Of a stretch of 64,000 nt of DNA, positions 1 to 12,422 are shown in pieces. The number at the start of each line of letters is the position of its first letter. Position 1 is the stretch's first letter. The stretch is from Octopus bimaculoides (Eukaryota), in assembly GCF_001194135.2 (NCBI RefSeq), contig NC_068992.1, positions 34,259,494 to 34,323,493 of the forward strand, written 5' to 3'. A program made the position numbers and the translations under genes. Under the pieces are notes generated by a model, which did not search any database, had not been told where the DNA came from, and saw only the letters and a program-made list of their open reading frames with translations.

Positions 1-439
1 AATTTTAGAAAAATAAAGAAGGAAACGAGTAGAAATTTTACTGGTGAGTGTGTTAAATTGTAAGGCACTAAAAGAGAATGACTCTCCCCAGATGCATCAA
101 AATATCTTTTATAGTCTGTATCTAACAAATTTTTTTTTTAATATGAACACCATATGACGATGGTGTATTAGAAATAAGTTTGAAGAAATGTTCTAAAAAC
201 ATGGATGTCGATGATCCCCATGAAGCAAGGAAGGGTACTTGGCATGCATTGACAGAGTTCATGAAAATTTGTGTAGCAAATAAGACATAAAATAAGAATT
301 TCAAAATCAAGTTGAAGACATGGAACGAAGTAGTGAAGGCTGGCCTTTGAACTCTGAGCTTAAGGCATGAGAATACGAAGGATGCTATATGAAGTTCTCA
401 AAAGAGACTCAACCTCTTCCGCAAAATAACAGTACAGAA

Positions 440-2035
440 TATTAAGACATTGTTAATGCACAAGAGTTTTCAATGGTTATTCCAGAAGACAGACACATTC
501 CTACAGCTGGTAACCAAACATTCAATTATTCAGCCGCAGAAAAAGTTGAAGCTATTATGGCAGATGCAAATTTGGAAAAAGTATAATTGCAAAGACTTCT
601 GACACTGCATAAAAGGTGTGTCCTCGGTAGATCTCCCCTTGAAACAATCAATTCAATGCATCCAAATTATGACCTACTGCAGTTCTTATAGATATTTTCA
701 ATTGGTGATAAGGGATGGAAGGTCGCTTTTGATTATGAAGGTAAGAGTCCTGAAATATCACAGATGGAGTTTTACAAATATAGGCTTGTAATTTGGGAAC
801 ATGGTTTCCATTTCCTTCACTACTGAAGTCGTTTAGTTAAGAAATATTCTTGTAATATGTATTCCAAGACTGAAGAAGCAAGGTTACAGTGGATTCGATA
901 TAGTCAAAAATAAATAAAAATCAGGTTAGAAATGTATCAAAGTATTCATGAGTGCATGTATTGTCATAGGTCAAATAGTGGCAAAAGAGTAATCATACCA
1001 TCAAACATTCATAGGAGGTCCACGATGGGTGCAGAAATTGTACCAAGGTTCAATGGTAATTGTTTAACTGTTAGGAAAACCAAATTTATTCATCACTTTC
1101 GGGTGTGATCCCCAATGGAAAGAAATCACAAGATGAAATTAATCCAGGACAAACACTGACTGACAGACCAGATTTAACTGACAAAGTATTTAATATGAAA
1201 CCATGATATTTTGGAAGAGAACGTTGTGGAAAGTTTGCAGGATGCATGGGGATGATAGAGTTTCAAATGCATGGACTACCTCATTGTCATATTAGATCCG
1301 AACATAAAACTGTTTGTTGATGCAGAACTTCCAAATCTACTAGCACAACTGATTTTATTTCAACGTGTCGCCAAAAGCATGCTACATGGTCTGTGTTGGA
1401 GAGATAAACCCAATGCAACATGCATGGTTGATGGGAGATGTAAAAAACATTTCCCTAATGCAATAATAAATCTCTGAGTGAGATATAAGCAGTAGCAGCC
1501 CGACATTGTTAAGTATATTTGCCACTTAAATGTGGCTGGGGCTACAAGCTAGAGTAACATTGACCCTTAATGGTTAGCCACATTTAGGTGGCAAATATAC
1601 TTCACAATTTCCCTAAAGATTTTCAGGAAAATACATTACGCATTTATAAGAGCTCTCCATTTTACTCATGTTGAAATAATGATTCTACATTTACAAAGTC
1701 GAATGTCAAATTAGATAATTGTTCAGTAGTACTATATTCATCCCCACAGCCATCTTTTTAGTCAAATATCGAGACCATTGTAATACAGAGATATGTGCAT
1801 CTGTAAAATCAGTTAAGTATATTAACAAATAGGTCATGATCAGGTGACATCAATATTAGTTATTAGTGGACAAACCAATGTACAACAAACAGAAATACAC
1901 AAAGATGAAAATTATGATAATAGTCAATATGTATCCTCATCAGAGGCAATCTGGAGGATTTGGGATTCCATGGTTGATATCATTTAGTCCAACAGCTTAC
2001 AATTCATTTATCCCAACAGCAATATCATTAAAATG
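440..2035 (+). mobile_element. Helitron Rep (HUH rolling-circle initiator) pseudogene, frameshifted and with stops
   Basis: Hand translation gives Helitron Rep motifs in the expected order: HPNYDLLQF (659), SQMEFYKYRL, GKRVIIPS..IGGPRW, PNLFITFGCDPQWKEI (1080), RPDLTDKVFNMK, IEFQMHGLPHCHI (1255, HUH motif), MLHGLC..CMVDGRCKKHFP, HCNTEICASVKSVKYINK, YVSSSEAIWRI. The helicase part is not present. Confidence 0.92.
1505..1608. repeat. Small foldback insertion inside the Helitron Rep
   Basis: 33-bp inverted arms 1505-1537 and 1576-1608 with 2 mismatches and a 38-nt spacer. It lies between the KKHFP and DNxxVVPYN-like blocks. Confidence 0.75.
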
Positions 2036-2084
2036 ATGATGATGATGTTATCCACACACATAATAAGTCCACCCTCACTAAATA

Positions 2085-2445
2085 TACATGGTCACATAGT
2101 TGAGCGATTTGCTTCACAACCACATGGTTTCAGGCTCAGTCTGGCTGCATGCCACCTTGGGAAAGTGGCATCTATTATAGCCATGATCTGCCCAAAGGCT
2201 TGTGAGTGAATTGATGAGTGGAAGTAATTATGTACACACACAACATACACACACAAATATATAACACACACAACATACACACGCACCCAACATACACACA
2301 CATATATATTATTTCAGTTCTTTTTAGTTTTACATAGATGCATACACACAAACATAAATATTGCATATATACAAGTGTATGTGAATAGGTATATGTATAT
2401 ATTAGCATGAAGATATGTAAATAAACCGATTTCCACACACACAAC
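2085..2445 (+). mobile_element. tRNA-derived SINE (family B) 5' part followed by a (CA)/(TA) microsatellite
   Basis: GCTTC.CAACCACATGGTT..CACCTTGGG.AAGTG..CTA.TATAGCC..CCAAAG.CTTGTGAGTG, shared with the copies at 14381, 29020 and 34985. Confidence 0.7.
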
Positions 2446-5400
2446 TATAAACTGAAAGCATAGTCATGTGTTTCTGTTCTAAATCAATAACATTGCACTT
2501 TCTTATAGATCTTAATAACTCTAATTGTTATCTTCTGATCTTAACCAATGTAATGAACATGTTAACATCTTGGAAGAGATTGCGCTGATTCATGTTTTGT
2601 GCATGATTCAATATATATCGTTGAAATAATTATGTTTTCTAAAGTCTGAACCGAAATGTACAGCTCCTAAATTAATTGCCCAAACATTAAAATATCTCAA
2701 TGGATGGCTACAAAATTCTATGGAATATTATAAAAACAGTAGAATTTACTTTACTTAGAATAAATTTAACATGACAAAGATTTTGGATGCCAAAAACTTC
2801 AAGTGCTCAAATTGTTAGGAGGCTGTATTTCTGTACACATGTTTGAGAGTTTTGTGTCCTGTCTTTTAGTTTTATATCGAAGCTGCAGGAATTCAGAATA
2901 GCAATCATCATTATCATTATCATTATCATCATTTTAATATTTGCTATACTGTGCCTTCAGGTCATACAATGTCTGAAAAATAGAAAGGATAATCACAGCT
3001 GTAACAATTTTGATCTTATGTCTGATCAATCAAACAAAACCTGCAGCTAAGCAGCACCACACACACACACGCACACACATATATATGTTCAATTTTTTTT
3101 TTGTTAACAGTATCAGTTTAGTGAGCATATATCATAACAATTTTGTATCACACTGCTAAAATCTACATTTAGTGTCCATATGTCACCATAATCTTCCACA
3201 CTCTGTGCCCATGCCCCATTATAATACGATATTCCATATTTAGTGTCCCTATTTCACCTCAATGCAGCATCAGTCGTTTTGTGCATGACTTCTTTGTCAA
3301 ATTGTAAGCAATGTAAGAGCACCCTTGATTTTTTTCCTATTTTTATCTCTGCTACAATTCCTTCCTCACAATTGCCTTTAGAACCATTTATGTCATTTAA
3401 GTAACAGAAACTTAGATTTTCTTTTCTATCTTATAATCAAGCAAGAAGTGAAGTCTCTGTCAAACTGTTGCCATTAATGCTGCTGATATTCAGTTTGAAT
3501 CTCTGTACATAGATATCTGAGGCAGGGGATGAATGTGACCAGGTAGAAACTTTGAGAGTGACTGAAGATTTTCGCACCAATTGTTGTTATTGTTGTTTAG
3601 GCTCCAGGTTGATCCTAATCAAGCAGATCTATAATCAATACTATCTGTCCCTACTACAAACATTCAACTTTTTTGTAAATCTAAAACTACATTATCCCAT
3701 GTCCCCTTTCTTTCTAATGAGAAAATGTGGTATTTAAAGCAAAATCACCTCTTGTTTTTGCTGGATAAGTGACTGCATAGTTTTCCAGACCTTTGCCTCT
3801 TCAAATATGGCCATAATAGACAAGCTTTTACTTTTACAGTTGTTGTCTTTCACCTACTTGTAACACCTATTCATTTGTCTGCTGATCCTTGTAAGAGACT
3901 CATAACATTCTCCTCTCCACTCACATTTCAAACACATTGATTGTTCTCTTCACATTTGCTCAGAGACCATGCTTCTGACTCTCACCCTCACTATGTACTC
4001 TAAAGAGTACATACTTTGTAGGATGTCAGTCACATTTCAATGAGTTTTCTGACTTTGATGAGAAATTTTAGCCTTTAATCTAGGCCACACTAAATTTTGT
4101 GTGATGGCTATAGAAAGTCATTATAAATTACAAGATGAAGCTTGTAATCAAGCTTTCTAGCCATCTAAGCAACTGTTGATTTAATTTCATGAATTACATT
4201 TGGAGCTAATTTCTCCAATGTACATAACAAATCTAAAGTTATAAATTTATAACATTCTTAGGCAGACAATACTGTATCTTTTTCAAACTTATTGATTGCT
4301 CTAATTACAGAGTGTTATGTTCGCATGTGTTCTTTTACTATATGTTAAGTGCAACTACTTACATATTGCTGAGATTTTACATACTTTCTTCCGAAAGCCT
4401 TTACTTTTGCTACACCAATATTTAACCCCTTTCATTGAAATAAATTTGCACTCTTTCTGCAGTTGTTTGACAGATTTTAGAATGGGAACCATATTAACAG
4501 AATATTAAAGTTTCCTATGACATTTATTTCTAAGCTCCTTACTAATTTACTTCACAGTTTTAAAAAGAGAAAGGACTTTTATGAACACCAAAGTCGATCA
4601 CTAAATTCTTTACCCAACTCACTGCTAATTCATCATGCACAAGACCATTTTGATAGATTGAACAACACTGGCAATACAGACTGTGGGATCCCATCAAGGA
4701 CTTTTTTTTTTCATAATGATATATATGCTTCCTCTGTCTCTAGTAGCAGTCTGCAATGAACCTCCTAACAATGTAGTTGGTAGTCAACAAAAATAACTCT
4801 GTATATTATTATAGCAATTTATACAGATATTTCTAAACTTCTATGCCCTGTAGTAGTCTAGTTTACAAATATACTTCTATCCATTCTAATAGTCTACAAG
4901 GATATCTATACAGAGGTCATTAGATATAACATTCATCAGCGTGTCAAAATTAATCAAGTTAATTTTAATTTTCATCTAGGAGTAAGATGAACTACTTTGG
5001 CATAATTACCCATTTTTTAAAAATATGTCCACTTATAACTTGAACAGTTACAAGTGGACTTATTAAAAGAAAGCTAGAAAGTATCACTTTCAAGTCCACA
5101 AGTAGAAACATTTACAATGGCCTTTCAATTGCCACTCTAACTGTAAATCTCAATATCAATGAAATAACCTTTTCAAGAATACAACTTCTACAGAACACTG
5201 TGGAATAGCTATTAATACGGTTATTCAAACTGCTGATCCTATCTTACATATAAGTTCACTTTATCAGTTCTACAGTTACTACTTGTGTATAACTACGCTA
5301 AATACAAATTCTGCTACTGTTAAGTTAACCTTTTCAAATTCACAGCAGCTGGTGGCACACATAATGGCAAACATAGACATCTATTCTTACTCTAAATCTT

Positions 5401-5752
5401 GTTGAATGAGAATTAAACTTCTGCAGTTTAATTCACAGCTCACAGCTGTTTGTAGCACCATATTGTAAATGTATTATAGGCTCATAAGAGCTTTTTAAGG
5501 GTCTGCACTTGCATCAAGTAATTAAGCAGAAGACAAACATATTGCTTCCTCCTGACCAACAGGTTAAGTTTTTAGGTTATATTTAGTTACGGCTCTTTAA
5601 GTTCTGAGATAAAATCTTGCTGGGATCAAATTTGCCTTTCATCCTTCTAAAATTGATAAAGTAACATACCAGTTGTTTTCATCAAATATAACATTTCCTA
5701 AAATGTGGGGCCATGTGGTTATGTTAACTATTGATATTTTCAAAATGACTGA

Positions 5753-5963
5753 GGCCAGTGAACAGGCAGAATTGTTAGCATGCCAGGCAAAATGCTTTGT
5801 GGCATTTTGTCTATCATTATGTTCTGAGTCCAAATTCCACCAAGGTCAACTATGCTTTTCATCTTTTCAGGGTTGATAAAATAAGTATCACTTGAGCCCT
5901 GGGTTCAATATAATCAACTTACCCCTATCCCCAACTTGCTGGCCTTGTGCCAAAATTTGAAAC
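5753..5963 (+). mobile_element. tRNA-derived SINE (family C)
   Basis: A-box-like GGCAGAATTG, B-box-like GTCCAAATTCC, body GGTCAACT.TGC.TTTCATC and 3' end GGCCTTGTGCCAAAATTTGAAAC. More than 10 related copies occur in the window. Confidence 0.8.
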
Positions 5964-6460
5964 TGATATCTAAAAATAATTTAGTGGTTACACTGTTTAT
6001 TTGGAATTAACTGATGTACTCAGAAATAAAATGGAAGATTTGTTGTATGCAGAGCTGAATTCACAAGCTGCAAACTGCTAATATCTTATTCAGTCAGTTA
6101 TTTTATGGTGCACTGTATTGTAGACATGATATGTAGATATTGTATTTACAAGTTCTATATAGTAAGTGCGAGAAAGAGTGAAACAATATATCTACATAAG
6201 AATATGGATTTAATCAGTTATTTAAATAGTATGTGCCAGCTGTCATCAGCTCTGTAAAAAATTGAAAGGTGTTAATACATCTCTAAGTTGGTATATCATA
6301 CACTTTGAGATACTATTATTTTTGTATTTGTTACTGATTCCACACACACAAACATTTATGTGTATGAAAGTGTATGTGTGAATGTATGTATGCATGTTTC
6401 TCTCTCTCTCTCATATATATATATAAATTAATGGGGGTCACAAAAGTGATGGAGGGTACT

Positions 6461-6910
6461 GACTAGTACTGTTCTTGCTAAAATAAGAGTTAAATTAGCT
6501 CCAAATCCACTAAAGCACTATACTCAATAACTGACGAAGGAGACACGTCCCTAGCATATATAGCTGTATTGTGGTTTCGAATTAAGGTGTAGCCCACCCT
6601 AATTCTCATCAGTGGCTCCTAACACCTGGTTAAACCCAACTTACTTTGTTGATCTAAGAAAAACCATTGAAATCATGTGCTGATTTTCAAAATGGTAAAA
6701 GTGTAAACAACTAATTAAGAGGATGGCTCATTAGCTATTAGAACCTAAAGGCAAAATTAATACAGATTACAAAAGTGACAGATGGTGCTAACTAGAACTG
6801 CTTATGCTAAAATAAAAGTTAAATTAACTCCAAAGTCACTAAAGCACTATACTTAATGACTGACAAAGGGAAGCAAGTTCCTAGTGCATATAGCCATATC
6901 ACAATTTCGA
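6461..6910. repeat. Diverged ~120-bp direct repeat pair
   Basis: ACTAG.ACTG..T.TGCTAAAATAA.AGTTAAATTA.CTCCAAA..CACTAAAGCACTATACT.AAT.ACTGAC at about 6461-6580 and again at about 6790-6910. Confidence 0.75.
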
Positions 6911-6961
6911 TTTTCATTGCTAATAAGCCACCCTTTTGATTTGTTATATATATATAAACAC

Positions 6962-7305
6962 GTGAAGGTGCATGGCTCAGTGGTTAGAGCATCAGACTCA
7001 CAATCATGAGGAGTGAGTTCGATTCCTAGACTGGGCTGTATGTTGTGTTCTTGAGTAAGACACTATTTCATGTTGCTCCAGTTCACTCAGCTATAGAAAT
7101 GAGTTGCAATGTCACTGGTATCAAGCTGTATCAGCCTTCGCCTTTCCCTTGGATAATATTAGTGGCATAGAGAGTGGAGGCTGGTATACAGGGGAAACTT
7201 TTGGTCTTCCATAAACACCCTTGCTCAGACTTGTGCCTAGGCTGAGAACTTTCTAGGTGCAATCCTATGGTCATTCATGACCGATTGGGGTCTTTATCCT
7301 TTACA
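6962..7305 (+). mobile_element. tRNA-derived SINE (family A), near full length
   Basis: A box TGGCTCAGTGG and B box GTTCGATTCC in a tRNA-like head. A second copy lies at 33155-33430. Confidence 0.85.
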
Positions 7306-7519
7306 TATAAACACACATGCACACATTCATCATAGAAATATATATATATGTATATCAATACTGGAAGGCTAAGAAGTTTGCTTTGCAGACATGTAGTCTC
7401 AGAATTGATCGCATTGCTTGTCATCTCAGGCAAGTACTTCTACCATAGCCTTGGGTTCACTTGAACTGTGAATGAATAAGAGTAGACAGAAACTGTGTAG
7501 AAGGCTATCTGTACCCAGT

Positions 7520-7990
7520 GATCCGGAAACAAAATTTGCTGAGGTGGTGCAAAACCAGGTCCAAATATTTTACGAAAAAGTAGATTTTTTCAATGTTGAC
7601 ATTAAATGCCCATAAGCTGAAATGCTCATAGGCTGAGCAAGACACTCTCATAGAATGTGACTAAATGAAGTTCATTTTTGAACATAGTTCCTCTTACTGT
7701 TCACACACTTCCATAAGTAGATGCAGTGCTTGGATCGCACTAGTGGAGAAAATATTCTGTTGGTCAAGCATCGGCTGCAGATGAGATGTTTTCATCCCAT
7801 CCATACTGGTGCCCAGCCGTGTGTTTTTCATGTTGGAAAACAGAGATGATAATCAGATGGAGCCAAATCCATAATATAGGGAGGGGGATCAACCAGTTCA
7901 GAGCCAGTCACGCACAGCAGCAATTGAAGTCTTGAAATTCCCATTGCAATTGAAGTCTTGAAATTCCCATTGCTGCTGTGATCATTTTGA
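7520..7990 (-). mobile_element. mariner transposase remnant (C-terminal part)
   Basis: The minus-strand ORF ends ELVDPPPYIMDLAPSDYHLCF, matching the mariner HPPYSPDLAPSDYHLF motif. It contains an exact 26-bp tandem duplication (7921-7946, 7947-7972). Confidence 0.8.
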
Positions 7991-8689
7991 GGATAGTCAA
8001 TAAACACAATATTTTTTACATTAATGTATAGAATATGTAATATTTTGAAGTATATATATTGTATATTAAAATGTTTAATTTCCGAAATATAGCAAGCGAA
8101 ACAAACATTAGCCGTATAAATACAAATTGCAAGTATTTCAAAATGTGAGACACCACATGAAGAAACTAGCAAAAAAGAATATAGTAGTGCTTGTGTTTCA
8201 AAGGTATGAATAATTCTGTTAAAGAAAATACATTGGTTCTCAGTGCTGCTTGTACATAGTGATGTGTGAGGGGTAAACACAAAGCATGGCGTCAAAGATC
8301 TCTGGTGATAATTCTCTCCTCTCTGGCTATCTCAAAAGAAATTCTTTATATATAGCCATCTGTTGGCTCGAAATAGACTGCACATTTTTTGGTCTGGTAA
8401 GCGGTCTATTTCGATGACTTAAAACATTCAATCAGCATGAACGGATATGGTTATGTGACCACTTCTAGAAAACACACAAAATACGCCAATTGGCAGCTAT
8501 TTAAGCCTAGACAGCCAAATTATAAACATAGCATTCGCTACATTTTCATATGAGACATAGAAGAAACAAGTTACCTTCCTCTCTACAGCGACCAACCACG
8601 GAGCACCAAGTAGTGCATATAGAAAGTAAAAAAGAAACACACCCTCCATCTGGATTACAAGAGATGGTGCACGACAAACATCTACACGC

Positions 8690-9340
8690 AACGAGTTAAA
8701 GGTAGTTTCGCTCCGGAGGGATCTCAACAACTTTGGTGTGAAAGAAGGAAAGTTGTAAATCTAGTTGAGTTAACGGTTCCTCATGAAGATAATATGGATG
8801 CCGCGCAGGCTCGAAAGATTGACCATTATGTAAACCTCCTCGAGAAATGTGAAGATGCAGGCGGGAAAGCGGAGCATTTTCCAATCGAATTTGGATGTAG
8901 AGGGTTTGTAGGACACAGTGTGAGATGACTACTGTTATCGTTAGGCCTAACTCATCGTAAGGTAAATACCACCATGAGTGATATCCAAACTACAGTGGAG
9001 AAGGTTAGCCACTGGATTCAGTTAAAAAGAGATGATGAGCAATGGCTAAAGAAATATTGAGCTTTGTTTTTAATAACCAGTTGATTTAGCAAGTGAGGCC
9101 TCATATCAGTGAGGGGGGCTGGTGCACATTGATGCCGTCGAGAGGTAGGCCCCGAAACGGCGCGCATTCTCTCCTGATGACCCCATACACTTGCTGGCTT
9201 CCCGTATGCGGAGTTCTCGACTGGTAGCACTTGCATGTGCGAGTTGTTTGCAAGATAGAATGGTTTAAGACTTTCTCTTGCCACAGGGTATATTTTGTGT
9301 GAGACATCAGAGGGTGCAGCTTTTGAGCACACAGCTCCTT
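8690..9340 (+). mobile_element. 3' end of a HERO-like non-LTR retrotransposon (REL endonuclease plus 3' UTR)
   Basis: 8734-9060 reads WCERRKVVNLVELTVPHEDNMDAAQARKIDHYVNLLEKCEDAGGKAEHFPIEFGCRGFVGHSVR*LLLSLG...VEKVSHWIQLKRDDEQWL. This matches the PD..ELTVPWE..K..KY..P(I/V)EVGCRGF..ASRWLW.KR pattern of R2-superfamily REL domains, closest to HERO as I recall it. A GC-rich structured UTR follows. Confidence 0.85.
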
Positions 9341-9352
9341 CTTATATTTTAA

Positions 9353-9419
9353 GATAACCTTGCAATATAAGAGGGGGCGCGCAACTCCTTATAAAAGAAG
9401 ATAACCTCGCAAGGTTATC
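9353..9419. mobile_element. 67-bp TTAA-flanked mini foldback element (Kolobok-like termini)
   Basis: Perfect 11-bp TIR GATAACCTTGC / GCAAGGTTATC, with TTAA on both sides (9349-9352, 9420-9423) and RR..YY ends. Confidence 0.6.
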
Positions 9420-10160
9420 TTAAATGGTGAATCAAACAGTCAGAGATTTTTCTTTCTCTTGAGGTATTCAGCATATTAGCAACAATGAAGTATCACTACA
9501 GCCGCAGGAGACATATGGGCATCAGCAGCTGTAGTTCTCTGCACACCAACATGTGACCACGTCTTTTGTTGAGGTGCTGCATAATCAATTATTGTCAGGA
9601 TTTTTCTTGATTACAAATCAGTGATTACAAATCAGACGGTGAAACATAGTGGGGCGAAGTAGAATAATCGGGAGCAGTTCTGGTCCTCTTGGCTAATAAT
9701 CGAAAGAATACGATCGTAAATACAAACGACTGAAATGGGGTTCTTCCGAATAGACTTTGGAGATTTGTTATTTTATTGAGTGCGTAGCCTGCACATCAGA
9801 GGGGTGTTCCTGGTAGAGCCTCTTGGGAGATCACATCTCCGATACTACGGAAATGTGGTAAAAATGTTTCAGGAAAGTATCAATGAACAGGTTTTACGGA
9901 CAAAAACAACTGACGGGAAACCCAGGGTAGGGGACCATGCACAAGTTGTTTCGATAGCATCTATGAGCTCGGTTGGTCTCTTTACGAGGTCCAGCTGAAT
10001 CATTTGGAGACAGTTAATTGTAACGGGACCTGATAGAAGACAGGCTTGAGGAATATTCTCTTATAATACTTCCAAGAATTTAGTGGATGATGAGGGCAAG
10101 CGGAGATTTACATACACAAATAATCTACACACATAAGCACATATACCTCTAAATACATTA

Positions 10161-10606
10161 ATTTCAAATTTTGGCACAAGGCCAGAAATTTTGGTGGACG
10201 GGGAAACACGATTACATTGACTCCAGTGTTTCACTGGTACTTATTTAATGGACCCTGAAAGGATGAAAGACAAAGTCGACCAAGGCAGCATTTGAACTCA
10301 GAAGGTAAAGAATTAAGAAATGTAGTTCGGCGTTTTGCCCAGCTTGCTAACCATCCTGCAAGCTCACTGACTGTGTCTGTATATATTGATATCAAATTTT
10401 GACAGAAGGCCAATAATTTAAGGGATTATATAGATCCCATTATATAGTTCCCAGTGCTCAACTGCCACTTATTTCATTGACCCAGAAGGATAAAAAGCAA
10501 AGTCGACTTCGGCGGAATTTGAACTCAGAATATGAAGACAGACAAAATGCCGCTAAGAATTTCGTCTGTCTTCGTGTTGTAGAGCTGGTGGTTCTGCCAG
10601 CTCACT
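10161..10606 (-). mobile_element. Two tandem family C SINEs
   Basis: Reverse-complement family C bodies (AAAGTCGAC....GGCGGAATTTGAACTCAGAA) at about 10161-10368 and 10390-10606, with CpGs retained. Confidence 0.8.
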
Positions 10607-10856
10607 GCCTTTATACCTGTATATGTTCATTGACAGACAGGTATGCACCCACCACACACACGCATACATGAACACACACGNNNNNNNNNNCACACACACA
10701 CACACATTAATGTAAATGAATACATTATATATATAAATATTTATTTGTATACATGTGTGAGTGTACTATGGTGTGCGTGTAGCGTCTATGAGTGAAATTC
10801 ATTCAAGAATTTCTCGTCTTGTTCAGAGAATTGTAGATTTCGTCATATTGTCCTTA

Positions 10857-10877
10857 TGACGTCATAATAGCGGAAAC
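10857..10877 (+). promoter_or_regulatory. Candidate promoter module: palindromic CRE plus ETS-like site
   Basis: TGACGTCA (10857-10864) then GCGGAAAC (10870-10877) in CpG-rich sequence. The paralog has CAACGTCA..GCGGAAAC. This rests on motif matches only. Confidence 0.3.
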
Positions 10878-11084
10878 ATCGTTTTCTCCAAGGCCTTCGT
10901 TTGAAATAATATTCAGTCTCTTTCAACCTTTCGCGGTGATTAGAGGCTAGGGAATGTGTGCGCCGGGGGACGCACCCGGACACCTGAAGACTAGAGTGAA
11001 GTCAGAGTCATCTTCACCTTGTTTTTGGTGTTTGTGGGGATATTTTGAGCGGACCTTCACAGGCGTGTCTTCCAGACATTTGGA

Positions 11085-11435
11085 TCCTTATAACTTTCTG
11101 AAAAAATACATATCTTTTAAGGAAATATTCTACAAATACCTCTCGGATAGTATATATTACGACTATATCGGAATTTAATGTGGAAAAATTAGAAGCCGCG
11201 CATATATATATACTGACACACATCCCGATTTTTTTTTTACAAAACTTCAAGTTCCATTTTGTGGAGATGTATGTTATGTGTGTCAGTATATATGTGTGTA
11301 ATTTCGTGAAATTTTCTTTTTTTTTTCTACATTAAATTCTTCTACAGTCTTAATGTACACAATCTGAGAGGTATTTGTAGAAAATTTCTGTAAAAGTATG
11401 CCCATTTTTATGGAAGTTATTAGGAAACAAATTCG
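11085..11435. mobile_element. ~350-bp imperfect foldback element (MITE-like)
   Basis: Nested inverted pairs: 11128-11148 with 11362-11382 (1 mismatch in 21) and 11206-11223 with 11276-11293 (perfect 18 bp), plus GAATTTAATGT.GAAAAA and its reverse complement. No clear TSD. Confidence 0.7.
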
Positions 11436-12100
11436 GGGACACAATTGTGTGGGTCTGCCGTTTTATGCACCTTTGAGTTCTTAAACACCCTCTGTAACAT
11501 GCTGGTTGGTACCATAACATAGTTACAAGGTGTCCGGTATTGTTCCTGCACCCGTATGAACTCTTAGCCAGGCAATTTCAGGACAGGAAACCTGGAGGTT
11601 CCAACCAGAAACGATACTTCACACTCGATATTTTCACACAGAATATTTCATTGTAAACAATCGTATAAGTTGATAGTAAGAAGAGGTAAATAAAAATCGT
11701 GCATGAAATATTCCTTTCTACTATAGGAACAAGGTTTGAAATATGGTGGAATGAATAGTTTGATCATATTGACCTCAAAGCTTGACAGGCAAATATTTTA
11801 TCAATAACAAAAGGACCAACGGAACCATCGACCTAGGTGGATTTTGAACTCAAGATTGCAAAGGTGCACGAAATGCCGCCAGTGTGCTAACCAATCTGCT
11901 GCTGACCGTCTTACGAACACGAATAATGGACATTCAACATATAGTCCACGTGTAGATGTAGAGAGTAGGGTTATAGACTCGGTAAGAGCTTAAATAAAAT
12001 ACAATTTGCTGCTATTAAAATGTTTGATAATATCTCCTTGATATTTCATTTCATATAAAAGCGAGATTTATCTATCTTAATTTGCAGAGGAATTTGTAGT

Positions 12101-12176
12101 GGGTAGTTTAGCTTAATCGGTTAAAGCATCGTCACATGTAATGATGGGGATGTGAGTTCGAGTCCACAGTTAGCCA
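12101..12176 (+). pseudogene. tRNA-like pseudogene or SINE head (Thr-TGT-like)
   Basis: D arm GCTT-AATCGGTTA-AAGC, anticodon arm CGTCA-CATGTAA-TGATG and T loop GTTCGAGTC. The acceptor and T stems are broken, so it is not a functional tRNA. Confidence 0.55.
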
Positions 12177-12422
12177 CCTACACTTTTCTCTGCAAAAGGG
12201 GATAGTTTATCCTGTTCAGGCTATATTATTAGCATTATTCTGCGATTGAGAATTTAAAAAACCACTTCTTTAACTTTCTAAAAAGACATCTCAACGCTTC
12301 TAAAAGCAAACTTCGTTTGTTTATTTACGTTTGTAGCAATTTGAATTTAATGAAAGCTAAATTCTGTCTGTCTGCAGTCCCTCTATCTCACTCTACATTT
12401 GCTCTGAATAGTGATATTATAC

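Noticed and set aside
4610-4740. Minus-strand exon-like segment ending GCA|gtgagt
   Set aside because: Weak acceptor and a frame that depends on a 10-nt homopolymer; no support from neighbouring exons.
6962-7030. tRNA gene call for the SINE heads
   Set aside because: A and B boxes are present but no acceptor stem closes, and the heads continue into repeated SINE bodies.
10958-10980. GTGCG-CCGGG-GGA-CGCAC-CCGG, a possible pseudoknot or HDV-like ribozyme in the duplicated core
   Set aside because: Loops 1 and 3 would be zero length, so the two helices are mutually exclusive, and there is no P3/L3 HDV signature.
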